Positions 25,801 to 37,022 of a stretch of 64,000 nt of DNA are shown here, in pieces (within the stretch, counting starts at the first letter, position 1; each line of letters begins with the position of its first letter). Source of the DNA: Klebsormidium nitens (taxonomy: Eukaryota; Plantae; Klebsormidiophyceae); assembly GCA_000708835.1 (NCBI GenBank), contig DF236953.1, positions 45,971 to 109,970 on the forward strand, written 5' to 3'. The notes under the pieces were generated by a model that did not search any database, was not told the origin of the DNA, and saw only the letters and a list, made by a program, of their open reading frames with translations. A program made the position numbers and the translations under genes.

Positions 25801-26207
25801 GCCCAGTCTAGAATTGCTTTGTCAAGCGGCAACGCTGCAACTCTTCATGGATGTACAGTAGTATACAGGACCTCCTACTCACCACAGATAACGACATGGA
25901 GCAACGGCTTGTGCATGACCACGTAAGTTAAATGCTCGGCTTGCTCCTTGCTGGGAAACTGGACAACCACAAACTACACAGACGTAGCTAAAACCTCGTT
26001 ATATCTAAGAGATTTTAGCCCGTGAACTGCTACCGAAAACCGTGGCACAACATGACATGCTCGGGGCGAAACCCACCCTGAACCCCAAACCAACACCACC
26101 CGTCCTCGTCGAGAACCTTGTTACAAAACGAGCTCCTTCCTACAGTATGTTAAACTACTATGATATCTTAGCAGGGCTGTGACCAACCGCTCACGAGCTT
26201 GGATCGC

Positions 26208-29200
26208 TCACGCTTCGCCAACCGCGCACTCAAAAGCGTTGCGGTCATCGAGCCTGCGGCAGCGGACCTGGCGGACGGACGGCAAGATTGGGCGAACCGA
26301 GTCGAGTGCGCGTAGGCGCCGCTGAGGGCCGGCGCCCTTGCTCCCGAGAAGTGAGCTGTCGCCTATAGCAGACGCGTCAGCGACGTTCCCACCAGCATCG
26401 GAGGCCTGAAAAGCAGCGCGAGAGAGTCGACGCACTTCAAAACTCAAGAATATTGAACAGCGGCCATTCAGAAACACTACTGCTTTGGGGTATGATTTCG
26501 GAGGAAAGCCCCGGAAGTTCCAACAATTGAGTGGTAATCTCGGTGTGACTACCGTGTCCATCACTGCGGAGGATTAAAAGATGGCACCGAAGCCACCCGC
26601 CCACGAAGCCAAAACTCAATTGCGCCAGGTTTTTTCCATTGTCGAGAAGACAGCAGACATGTCACGCTTACCATCATATAGCCAATTTGAAGACTTCTTG
26701 CACCTGCTTGGACCTATCGAACTTGAGCGGGAAACGTCATGTCTTACGGCAGGTGGTCACCTCATCCGTCTTTTGGCCTTCCACTTCCTCGAGACGCAAA
26801 GCAAACACCTCAAAGTCTCTGTCGCCAATCAGATAAACCGGTGACTGATTGTTCGTACCTGTCCGAAGCGGTTGAAGCTGCAGTCGGGTGACGTCAGGGA
26901 TGACGTCTGGTAGTCGTCGTCTGCTCCCTCGACGTACTCGCGGTGGCGCAGTCCCTCGAGCGTGCCCATTGCCAGACGGGCCTCCACAGCGCCCGGGGCG
27001 TACATCTGGCCCAAAAACTGAGGGTGCCCAAAAACACAGGGGGTTAGACGCGCGGTTAACAGATAACAAGAGACTACCAAGCAGTGCGTACACTTGGCCC
27101 AGGAACTGAGGACAGCCAAAAGGTGGTTTGAATTAGCGGTTAACGGTTGACTCCTGCTTCCCAGGCAGGGCGTACGTCTGGCCCAGAAACTGAGGACGCC
27201 AAACAACAGGGTGTTAGACGCTCGGTTAACAGCTAACCAGAGACTAGCAAGCAACGCCTACACTACGCCCAGGAACTGAAGAGGAACAAAAAAGTGGGTC
27301 CGAGAGTAGCGGTTAGCGGTTGACTCCTGCTTCCCTGGCAGGCGGTTCACAACTAACTACGGAGTCCTGGGCAGGGCATTTGAGTGATTGGTTACGAAGC
27401 TTCGAGAAAGAGCCCAATCAATGTTGTGACACAATCAGGAATTCCGTCAAGGCTTGCAGTCAACCTAGCATTGCAAATGTCTGAGTTGCAATCTGCTGTG
27501 GTCGTCTCCGCCTCAGCGTTGTCTCTCGGAACCAACACTTTTTAGAAGAATCGTCATCAGAGTGAAGGAAAGGATTGAAAAGCGGCGACCAAGTCCTAAG
27601 AGTTGGCGGGCGTGCGATCAGGTCCAGCTTTATCTTGGCTGAAAAGTTCCGGCCAAATTCGCTCAAAGTTGTCTTATCCAGCACTGGGACAGTCTGGTGC
27701 GAGCGGTTTGAGATGATCGAGGTTAACTGGTGTGTTGAACTTGTTCCAGCGCGACGGAATGTTTCTGACCAACATCTTGATTGCTTCTGCCCTTCTTCGG
27801 CGATAATGTCGTAGTCGAAAGTGTTATGTTGAGCAGTGCTTCTGATCAACAAATGAACTCTGTGAACGATTGCGTACGGTCATCAGAGGGTCGACCAGCT
27901 GGCGAAAGATTACTGTGTGCGGTAGTGATTTTGCTGGCATCGGTTCAGATGAGGGACAGAGTATCGCATTCCAGCAGGTCGCTTGCTTTGCCCCTCAAGT
28001 CGAACCATTCAAACATGAGGGACTTCTGCCCCAAGCCTAGTTAGACGAATCTGGTCGGGCTGAAGGCGGGGCTCTTCTTGATTAAGGATGTGACTCACCC
28101 CGTGAACCGACGGGCCGACCGCCATCGAGTTGATGAAGAAGTTGAGGAAGTGGATCGGGGGGTCGGTGATCAGCTCTTGTTCACGGCTCGTCACGATGTT
28201 GACGTCCAGAAGTCCGGCGATGACAACCCGAACGGAGTCGGAGCCGTTGCGGAAGTCGCGCGTGATGGACGTGGCGCCGTCTGAGCTGGTCCACGTGGCA
28301 TTCGACTGGCCCTGCAGGAGAAATCGCATAGGCGATGACGCCTCGGATATATCAGCTGGTGATGTGGAATAATCTGCTCGAAAAAGCCGGAAGCAGTGTA
28401 CACCTGACTTAGAAGGATAATGTCTCTCCTTTGCCTGCATCTGAGGCGTCCCTGGAAGTGATTGTCATGCTGGAGCCTGAAACTAAGACTCTTGACTAAA
28501 GCGAGCTTGCTTGACAACAGGCTTTCGACTGTCCAAGAGATCCGAACGATCGACTCACTCCACGAGATGATTCCTAAGAACGTCGGTGGTCACAAGAAGC
28601 AAGCGCTTCATCCAGAACGAGCAGAATTGCTCCCGCTTCCAAGCCCTTCCTTGACAACTTCTTGGTATCATGGTCAACCTGGTCAACCTGCGATCGAGCA
28701 GCCGTGCAGATGCTAAGTACACGTTGAGAGTGGCCGGCCAACTTTGCTTTCTGAGCGACTGTTTTGCATTCAGCAAAACAGACCCCAAAAAAATGTATGT
28801 CGACGCCTGCGTTGAAACTGACGTCCGATCGAAACGTTGCGACGCCAAGGCGCAAGATTCTCCCGCGCTTGAGTACAAGGGCTTCTCCAAACCGCGCGAT
28901 CTCACCTTGTATTCGGCGACGGCTTGGCTCTGGAACGCGACGGACAGCGACGGCTGGCCGGCCCGGTCCAGGTCCGGATCCATGACGACGCTGACGTTAT
29001 GATTCGTCCCGTTGACGTCAGCGTACAAGATGCCCAGTGCGTCCATCCACGTGCCCTCGAAGAACGGGTCGTCGCGGCGGCCCTCGAGGATCGTGGTGCC
29101 CGGGGGAAGGCCAAACATGCGCACGTTGAGCTGCCGAAAAGAGGGCCGGGAAACGATTTTCTGTACATATCATACTATCTGTAGTAGTGATATTAGTATC

Positions 29201-32200
29201 ATATGACTGGATGGCATTCTGACATGCGTCGGCTGGGTTGACAGACACCGAAGGCTGATAAGGCTGCATCAAGCCCGGCCCTTTTTTCCAGATACCCGGA
29301 CTACAAACGAACCTGGTTACGGCAAAGTGCTTTTGGCGCTCTTTTGGATACGCTGCTCTTCAGAAGATCTCTGCCACCCTGATCCATGTCAAATCGCAGT
29401 TATCTAGTGGTCTCTAAAGATGTTTTTGAAGCATCTGATGTCGTCTTTGGCATCGGACAATGGTCGTCTCCTAGCCATCTTCAGGGCACAGCAAGAAGCA
29501 CGGACGAAACAAGCACGAAGTTTCGCTCCTCACTTTACTTGGTCAAATCGTACCTAACCAGTTCTTAGAAGGCCATCTAACTTAACCGGAGCCTAACCAC
29601 GCTTGGTAAGTAGCAATTTCCCTTAAGAACGATTTTGGCTTTCGAAACTAGACCAAGTTTGTAAGAGCCCGTTTATGTCGGTTCAGCTAGACCACTCACC
29701 GCCAGCCGCGTGTCCGTCACAGCACAATAGCACATTTGGCTCTGTCCGTGGAAGTCGAATGTAAACGTATCGTTCGTAGCGGCCAGCCCCGTGAGTTCGA
29801 AATGGGGGTCGTTTGCACCGCAGGCCGAGGCCGCTGCAAAACATTCGCGGAAAAGTCTTCTCTTTGTAAGACATACCCGTTTCCTAGCAGCTTTTTGAGA
29901 TGACAGGACGGAGATTCACCGGCCAAAACGTGGCTTTTCAAACGAGAGCGGAAAGATGGTCAGAGTTTATTCGTAAATAGTGGGACGGAAATAGTGGGAC
30001 CGTGGCCTTCTTGGTTTGAGCGGTTCGGAGCAGAAATTGTTTAGTCGATCGGTCAGTTTCCTATGCGCGGAACCGCCAATAGCGAGCCAAACCAAGTTCT
30101 TGCTTCGCGTTTCCCCTTGATCTCCATTCCGCGGACTGGCCCTCACAGGCTGATATGGCTTGCGCACCGCAGTCTCTCGTTGTCGCTCACCGCAGGTTAT
30201 GGACGACGGGTACCAAGTGCCCAACGGCGTGCAGACGGCGGCACCGTTGGGGTCGTTCGAATTGATGCTGCACCTAGCGTACACGCGATCCGAGTAGCGG
30301 CCATTATTACGGCCGAGGACGCCCGAGTAACACACTTGACCGGGCGGGTTACCGTTCACTTGTATCGCAGAAGGACAGCCATCCTCTGCAGCGAAAGGGC
30401 TGCAAGTTAGGATTGCTTGCAGTTTTGCCAGGTGACGATTACTAGACTCTCGAGGTTCTGGAACACGACTTGGGCTCTAAGACTTCGCCAAAGGGGGCAG
30501 CAGCCTGCAGAGCGGCAGTGAATCCTGAAAGTTTACAAGATGAGGGCTACAAAACGGATAATAACATCATCTGGACTCAAAGGAGCTTCCGAGACTCTGG
30601 CTGCTGTCGTGAAGATGATGCATCTGCAATGTGCAAGGCCGCATCTCATCCATGTTTCGACGTATCTCCTTGGAGGTGAAAAAGTAGAGCTCCGGATTCC
30701 ATCAGGACTCCGAAGCTCCAGCACGTAGACTTTCAACCCGCGACTCAATAATAGAGAAGACACTCGTCAAACTCAGCAACGCACGCTCTCTGGCCCTGGG
30801 CTTGGGGAAAACCAGGGGAAAACCGTCTTGTGAAAACTCTTAAGACACGGTGCACAGAGCTTTGGCAACATAACCGAAGCTAAAATTCCCTGGTTAGCAG
30901 CTGATTAGGGTGCTAAGCAGCCTGCCTGTCGTCTGGCGTCTGGTTAACAGGAAAGGAAAACTGAGTAGGCGGCTTACTGCATGTCGCGGTAGTCAACGAC
31001 CCCGTCCACGTCCCGTCTGATTGGCAGTAAGCGCCTGACGAGAAGCCGCTGGCGGCGTTTGAATCTATATAACCATCCAAGCACTTGGCGGTCGCAACCG
31101 TGTTTGCAGGATATCGGCCGTCGCTGTTGGGGTCCTGGTTGTACAGCACGAAAGGCCCGTTGGCGCCTCGCCCAGACAAAGTGAGCGGCGGGCATGATCC
31201 TGTAACCGGCGCTTTCTCTGCAGGAATGCATTTAGAAAGCGATGCAGATCTCTTTTGCAGAAATGTTCGCCTTCAGACATGCGTGAACTCATTTCGGAGG
31301 CAAAGGTGATTAAATTATCTGAAGGCACGTGGTTTTGGGCGTTCTATCAGTGTGCGTGCCTCGCAAGTTTTTCGTTTCATGTATGTCTGGCTCAGCTTGG
31401 TCTGAGATGTGGACTCTGATGAGGAACAACAGCATCGGAGAGCGCTTAAGACTGCAAGCTTGGATAGGCATTTGGTCTTGGCAAAGGAGGAAGGCCGCTG
31501 CGTCTCAGGTTGAGTCATTCAGCTAACACTTGTTTGATTGAGCTGCAGATTCAGTTCAGAAGCTGAATGGGTCACGTCATGGTCTAAAGAGAGTCGTGCG
31601 GTTATGCAACACGACAGAGTCTGCCTGCGGAGCTGCCTTGAGGTTTAGAGAACAGTCAGCAAGCTAGCGTCCTTGCTGCAGTGCAATCTCAAAGGTACAA
31701 AGCACTCAAGTGAGCAAAGGAAGTGGAAGCCCCAGATCTTTACTTTTCCAGTAAGCCCCAAAGTCAATGTTGTTCTGCAATATCTGAATGTCCAACGTCA
31801 ACTGATTCTTTGATCACCATTGAAAATTCCTGCCGCAACTCCGCAACTTCGATCCAAGATACCTGGGTTCCAGAATCTAAAATGGTGGGAATCAGTACAG
31901 GTATGCCACTTACCACATTTGATTGTGGACGGACTCCAACTCGTATCCGGGTTACAAACAGCTCTTATTGAGAGGTCAGCCCCGCACGTGGCGACCACAC
32001 CATTCGAGAAGAAGCGGCGAAAAGCATCGAGCTTGCCGTCATAAAATACCGTGTGCTCAGAACCCGTGTTGGTGATAGGAGGACAGCCAGGGTCTGCAAG
32101 GAAGAGAACCCAAGGTTTACTTCGACAGAAAAATCATCTGCTCCACGATAGCAATGCGGACAGGGCGAGGCACAAGACATATCTTTGTAATGGATGGTAG

Positions 32201-34244
32201 ATCATGATAGGTAATCCACAAATGATGGATGCACACGTCTGAACGTGCTCGCAACATCCACATCTCAGTGCCCTACCCATCCCAAGCACCGGCCTAGGTT
32301 GCACTCTATAATCAGTCTGTTGTGAAGCTATCATAGACTACAGTCTGAATTGTTCACTTTCAAAACAGGAGCTGATGTTAGCCGTACGTTAAGATCAACA
32401 TATCGGCTAACCTACAATCTTGCACTAAGTAAGCATGGTGTGGTTGTTTTACGAGAATGAAAAGCTCAAAACTATATCAAAAATCTGAACATAAAAATAC
32501 AACATTCGATAGAAACGAAGCTGAGGCTGAAGATGCAGGTTTATGACTACATTGAAATTCTGCAACAAGAAAGTTCTTGAGCAACTTGAAGCTTCCTGAG
32601 GGCACCTGAAGCATAATATCGAGGTCACTGTTACTGGCCTTGTTGTGAATAACCTTGTCTGGGCTACCCAACAGCACAGCATAGAAAAAGTTTTTACATA
32701 TGCAACAATCAATCTGCGTCCCAACACGGCTGTTGGTGAAGGATCTGTGCATCTGTGGATCGATTACTAAGTCCGAAAGAGGGGAGGAAGTACAATTAAG
32801 CGATCTCAGCGTGACAAATTGCATGTTACAAGTCAGCAGGCAGTGTAGATCCTTTCCCAATAGATCAAGGATCTTCCAAGGTGACCGCAACTTACTGCAT
32901 GTTGTAGGTACGTTTCCTTGCCAAAAGTAAATTGTGCCATCGAAATTCTGAACGCACTGCCCCCCAGATGCTCCGTGTGGGTCTGAGAACCCATCCAGAC
33001 ACTTGGATATGACCCGTGTTCCAGGCAGATACCGTCCAGTGCTTGCATCAAATGGCTGGCCGAGGTACAGATAGGCTGGTCCGCGAGGGCTTTCATTGCT
33101 GCCTTGGGGCACGTCAAGGGGGGGGCAACCTGCGGGGAAAGTTGGCCAGGGGAGTTAAAAGGTGCACTTACTGCAACCTTTCAGTTTCATAGATGAGAGC
33201 TCAGCTGGGGCTCTGAAAGTTTAGCTCCAAGAGCAGGAGTTTTTTCGGTTTCAAGAACATGCCAGGCTAGTACCTGCAGGAAAGCCACTCAGTAGGCAGG
33301 CTTGGATCAAAGTACAACGAGCGCACCTCAAGCTTATGTTTGGTGCAAAGACTGAAGAAAAGTTAAAAATGAGAGATCATTGCCAAATGAAAGCTAAGGT
33401 AGTTGAGTGATTAAATCACCTGGCAGAAAGTTTGAGGTCAGCCGCTTGTCAAAACTCTTTGCTGACGACAGAGAGTGATAAGAACATGGTCTCATTAGGG
33501 GACCCTTTGTATTGAAGATGGTTGAATAAACTTTGTTACAAGGATGGCATGGCCGCCATCCCTAGAGAAAGCCCATGGGTACCTGCTGGTTGTCCCTGTT
33601 GAACAGCGCAGAGCAACGTCTTCCCAACCCCATCGCCTGATTCAGGGCTCAGCTCAAACAAAGACTCCGACATTTCCACCTACATGTATATACTGTGTCT
33701 CACACTACATTCATGAAGCACTTTCTTGGACCAGCCTATGCTTATAAGCAGCTTCGTTGTGTCACCATAAGACCCTTGAACATTTTGTCCTGCACTTTTT
33801 CACAATTGAGCTCTGCTTGGAAGGACTTTCTGCATTATGCAGAAGTTGAGGTCCGAGTCTGTGCTTTTAGAGCATATGCTGCCATGTGCGTGCTTGTTCC
33901 ATGTAGGAGTCTTTTAAGGACGAAGCCGCTCTAGAAGGGCTGCACTGATTTCTCAGTCGATGAGGATGACCTCAAACTTGCGACAAGGAACTCCATTGTG
34001 CAGGTAAATGGGCTTTATAGTTTGCAACCAATTGCTGACAAGTACAGGTCTTCTCAGAACGTTTCTAGGGCGAAACTTGCATCAGTACGAGAAACCAGAT
34101 TAGTTGTGCAGCGTTTTCAGCTCAATGTTCACGAAATACTTATCCCAACTTAGCTGGCCACTCACCAGAAACACCGTCTTGGCCGGAGACAATGGCGGCA
34201 AGGCTGAGCAGCAGCGAAGCTGCTGCAATGGTGTTCAACGCCAT
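26208..34244 (-). CDS. Secreted protein, copy 2 (signal peptide + 4 sushi-like modules + root-cap domain). Exons ~34244-34166, ~33130-32892, ~32090-31911, ~31225-30978, ~30387-30191, 29833-29700, ~29130-28894, ~28434-28098, ~27018-26858, ~26405-26208
   Basis: Paralogue of 14807-21805: MALNTIAAASLLLLSLAAIVSG; same exon order and phases; root-cap exons highly similar (FFEGTWMDALGILYADV, HFLNFFINSMAVGPSVHG, LGQMYAPGAVEARLAMGTLEGLRHREYVEG). The FHGQSQMCYCAVTD exon is in frame here. Confidence 0.85.
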
Positions 34245-34836
34245 CAGAAGTCAGAAGCTGCCGGCTCCTGTCCTCGTCGAAGACCAGCAATGGTGTGCAG
34301 CTGTCGTGCTTGGGAGCCTCTCGTTTCAGAGGGTAACGATATATGCAAGAGTCCTTCTAATGTTTCTAGTCTACAAAACTTGGTGCTGGGAAGGCGTCGT
34401 CAGAGGGCTTTCTCCTGCTTGGACGTTGCCGACCCTGCCTCCTTGCTGTCCTTGCGACGACATTCCTGTGCTTATCCTGCTTTTTGAAAATCTTGCGCAT
34501 TCAAAGTTGAACCTTCAGGTGAGGAAAGGCTAGCCGTTGACAATGTTGAACGTACTACCCATCATGGACCCCAGGGCCCATCATATATGCCGGGTGTTGG
34601 GGTGTCACCAATGTTGTGATGGTCCTGACTGCTGACTCCTGCTCCTGAGTGACAGAAAAGTCAGGCTCAGCCACTCACAATATTCACAACAGTATCCTGA
34701 CTTACGTAACCCCAGTATTACCGCAGAATTGCTACATACGCGTTAGAGGCGAATTCAAGGTAACTCGAGCTATGTAACTAACCGCATGTAGCTGGCCTAA
34801 CTTTTTTCACGCCAAGCCAGGCGCTAATGACAGCCT

Positions 34837-34837
<1 letters not shown>

Positions 34838-34898
<61 letters not shown>
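34838..34898. repeat. (CCTGACT)n heptamer microsatellite, ~8-9 copies
   Basis: Perfect tandem cctgact units; a degenerate version occurs at ~34622-34650. Confidence 0.95.
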
Positions 34899-35018
34899 GC
34901 TTGCAACTTGCAAGATGGAAGGCGTAAGCAATTGCGTTTGCATAATGCATACTGAGTACCTAAATATTCGGGCATAGGGCAATCACCCGCATTTACGAGC
35001 GATGTCAGACCGAGGCCC

Positions 35019-35250
35019 NNNNNNNNNNNNNNNNNNNNNNNNNNNNNNNNNNNNNNNNNNNNNNNNNNNNNNNNNNNNNNNNNNNNNNNNNNNNNNNNNN
35101 NNNNNNNNNNNNNNNNNNNNNNNNNNNNNNNNNNNNNNNNNNNNNNNNNNNNNNNNNNNNNNNNNNNNNNNNNNNNNNNNNNNNNNNNNNNNNNNNNNNN
35201 NNNNNNNNNNNNNNNNNNNNNNNNNNNNNNNNNNNNNNNNNNNNNNNNNN
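35019..35250. other. Assembly gap (N)
   Basis: N run; the same 23-mer ACGAGCGATGTCAGACCGAGGCC flanks both sides. Confidence 1.
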
Positions 35251-36011
35251 ACGAGCGATGTCAGACCGAGGCCCGGGCCCCGGGCCCCGCGGCCGCCGCC
35301 ATGCACGCGGCGCCGCGGGTCGGCGCGAGGCTGAAATCCCACCCAACTTTCTGAGCCGTCCGATGAGTCGGAGGCATCCGAAGGCCGTCGATCCGAGATT
35401 CGGCTGAAATGTGCAGAAAGTGCCCGGTACGTCCTTGCATCTTATAAGCTATGCACCATCAGTCGGAGTTGCAGACTGAGCACAAGTTCCTTGTGTGGCG
35501 CCACGAGCATGTCGGCGGGATGAAACACGCGTTTTCGTCTTGGCAGGAGGTGAGCAATGCAGCCTTTGTGATCTTTCATGTTTGTCTCATTTCTCACTTG
35601 GGGTGTCGTGCTAGTATACTGGTTACTGCAGATCAAGCACAACGCCGGAAGATTACAAAATTTAAGAAGTAATACTAGTTGGCCGTCTGCTGGTACACTT
35701 TCAGCTTTTCAGGCTCCGAGGGGTTCCAGGGTTTCAAAAGCACGCCACCGGGATTCATTTTTCTTGAATGGGTTCCAGAAGAACGCCACCAGGATTTCAA
35801 CTCAAAGCTTCTCAGAGATTAGAGGAAGCTGTGTGGTACCTCTTTGAGATGCCAGTGGTGCCAAGCGAGGTGTCTCTGAGGTATCTTAGTACTCGAGATT
35901 GGCGTGTTACACTTTGATGTAGTGAGAGGCAATTTCTGGTGATTCGTAAGGGTCTGGCCGGCCCTTCAAGCATCTGCTCAGGCTCACCAAGGATTGTCAC
36001 TCATCCAAGGT

Positions 36012-36282
36012 GGGTGTACCAAGAAATGATGTATTACTTCTTAAGACTATAATGGGTATTTTCTGGTACATCTTGCGTGGTATGGCCGACTCATCCAGCG
36101 TTGAGGTGTATAAGAAAAAGACGTATTACTCTTTAGAGAAGAATTGGGCGTTTTCTGGTACATCCAGGGGGGGGGGGTATGGCCGGCCCTGCGAACGTTG
36201 AGGTGTACCAGAAAACGATGTATTACTTCTTAAGAAACTAATGGGCGTTTTCTGGTACATCTCCGGGGGTATGGCCGGCTCT
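36012..36282 (-). repeat. Left array: 3 copies of the ~75-bp quasi-palindromic repeat, in inverted orientation relative to the right array
   Basis: Units GTACCA(A)GAAA..TATTACTTCTTAAGA..TAATGGG..TTTTCTGGTACATC..GGTATGGCCG at ~36014, ~36105 and ~36201 are the reverse complement of the units at 57.6-62.2 kb. Confidence 0.9.
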
Positions 36283-36593
36283 TCAGCACGCCGTGAGCAC
36301 CATTCGGTCGTTATCAATCTGAATCGACCATTTTAGACTCCGGAGCCGCAAAGGATCTCTAAAGAGACTTTTTAGAGAAGCCTATGATATGCGTGCAAGC
36401 TTGCTTCGGCGTCAATGTCAACGTTAGAATCAGCTTCAGCTTCGGGATCTGGGGGATCGAAGATCATTATATAAAAGTCAACAGCAACAGTGTCAATGGA
36501 ACCCAACAGCAACAGTGTCAATGGAACCCCCCCCCTTGCTCATGAACTCTCAAAAGAGACAAGGCAAGTTCAACTTGGGTTGCCTTGCAACAC

Positions 36594-36938
36594 CTAGACC
36601 AGTCTCTCGAAGATGGTGGATGTGATGGCGAGTGCTACAATATCATAAAAAAGCTTTGCATCTCTACATACGCCTGGATCGTTGGTGTCAAGCCTGAACA
36701 GATGCGTGATTGCTTCCATCACGTAGTCAACAATGAACCTCCACTCGACGGTGCAGTTCAATGGCACCCCCAGAGTATCTTGACATTCGTAAGCTCCGTT
36801 CCTTAAATCCGTAGTACTAGTCGTTCCATTTGGAAGCGCCATGAGCAAGGTATCCTTCTCGATGCACGTTCCTCCCCTAACTACGTTAATGACAAGCGCT
36901 TGAGGTGGGTCGTACTCGCTTAAGGATACCTTACTCAT
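36594..36938 (-). CDS. Small hypothetical protein (~114 aa), divergent from the KDZ gene
   Basis: Open frame from ATG 36938 with protein-like composition; no recognised motif. Confidence 0.3.
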   Translation of the reverse strand: MSKVSLSEYDPPQALVINVVRGGTCIEKDTLLMALPNGTTSTTDLRNGAYECQDTLGVPLNCTVEWRFIVDYVMEAITHLFRLDTNDPGVCRDAKLFYDIVALAITSTIFERLV

Positions 36939-37022
36939 TAGAATGAGAGCAAGCGGTGGTAGCCACGAACTTAGGGAGATCAAGAGGTGCTTTAACCAAC
37001 AAGTCGTTTCTTTGTCGACAGG

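Noticed and set aside
34778-34975. ORF with QESGVRS repeats
   Set aside because: It is the translation of the (CCTGACT)n microsatellite.
34996-35275. Direct repeat flanking the gap as a possible TSD or element terminus
   Set aside because: An identical 23-mer on both sides of an N run is typical of overlapping contig ends; it cannot be interpreted without reads.
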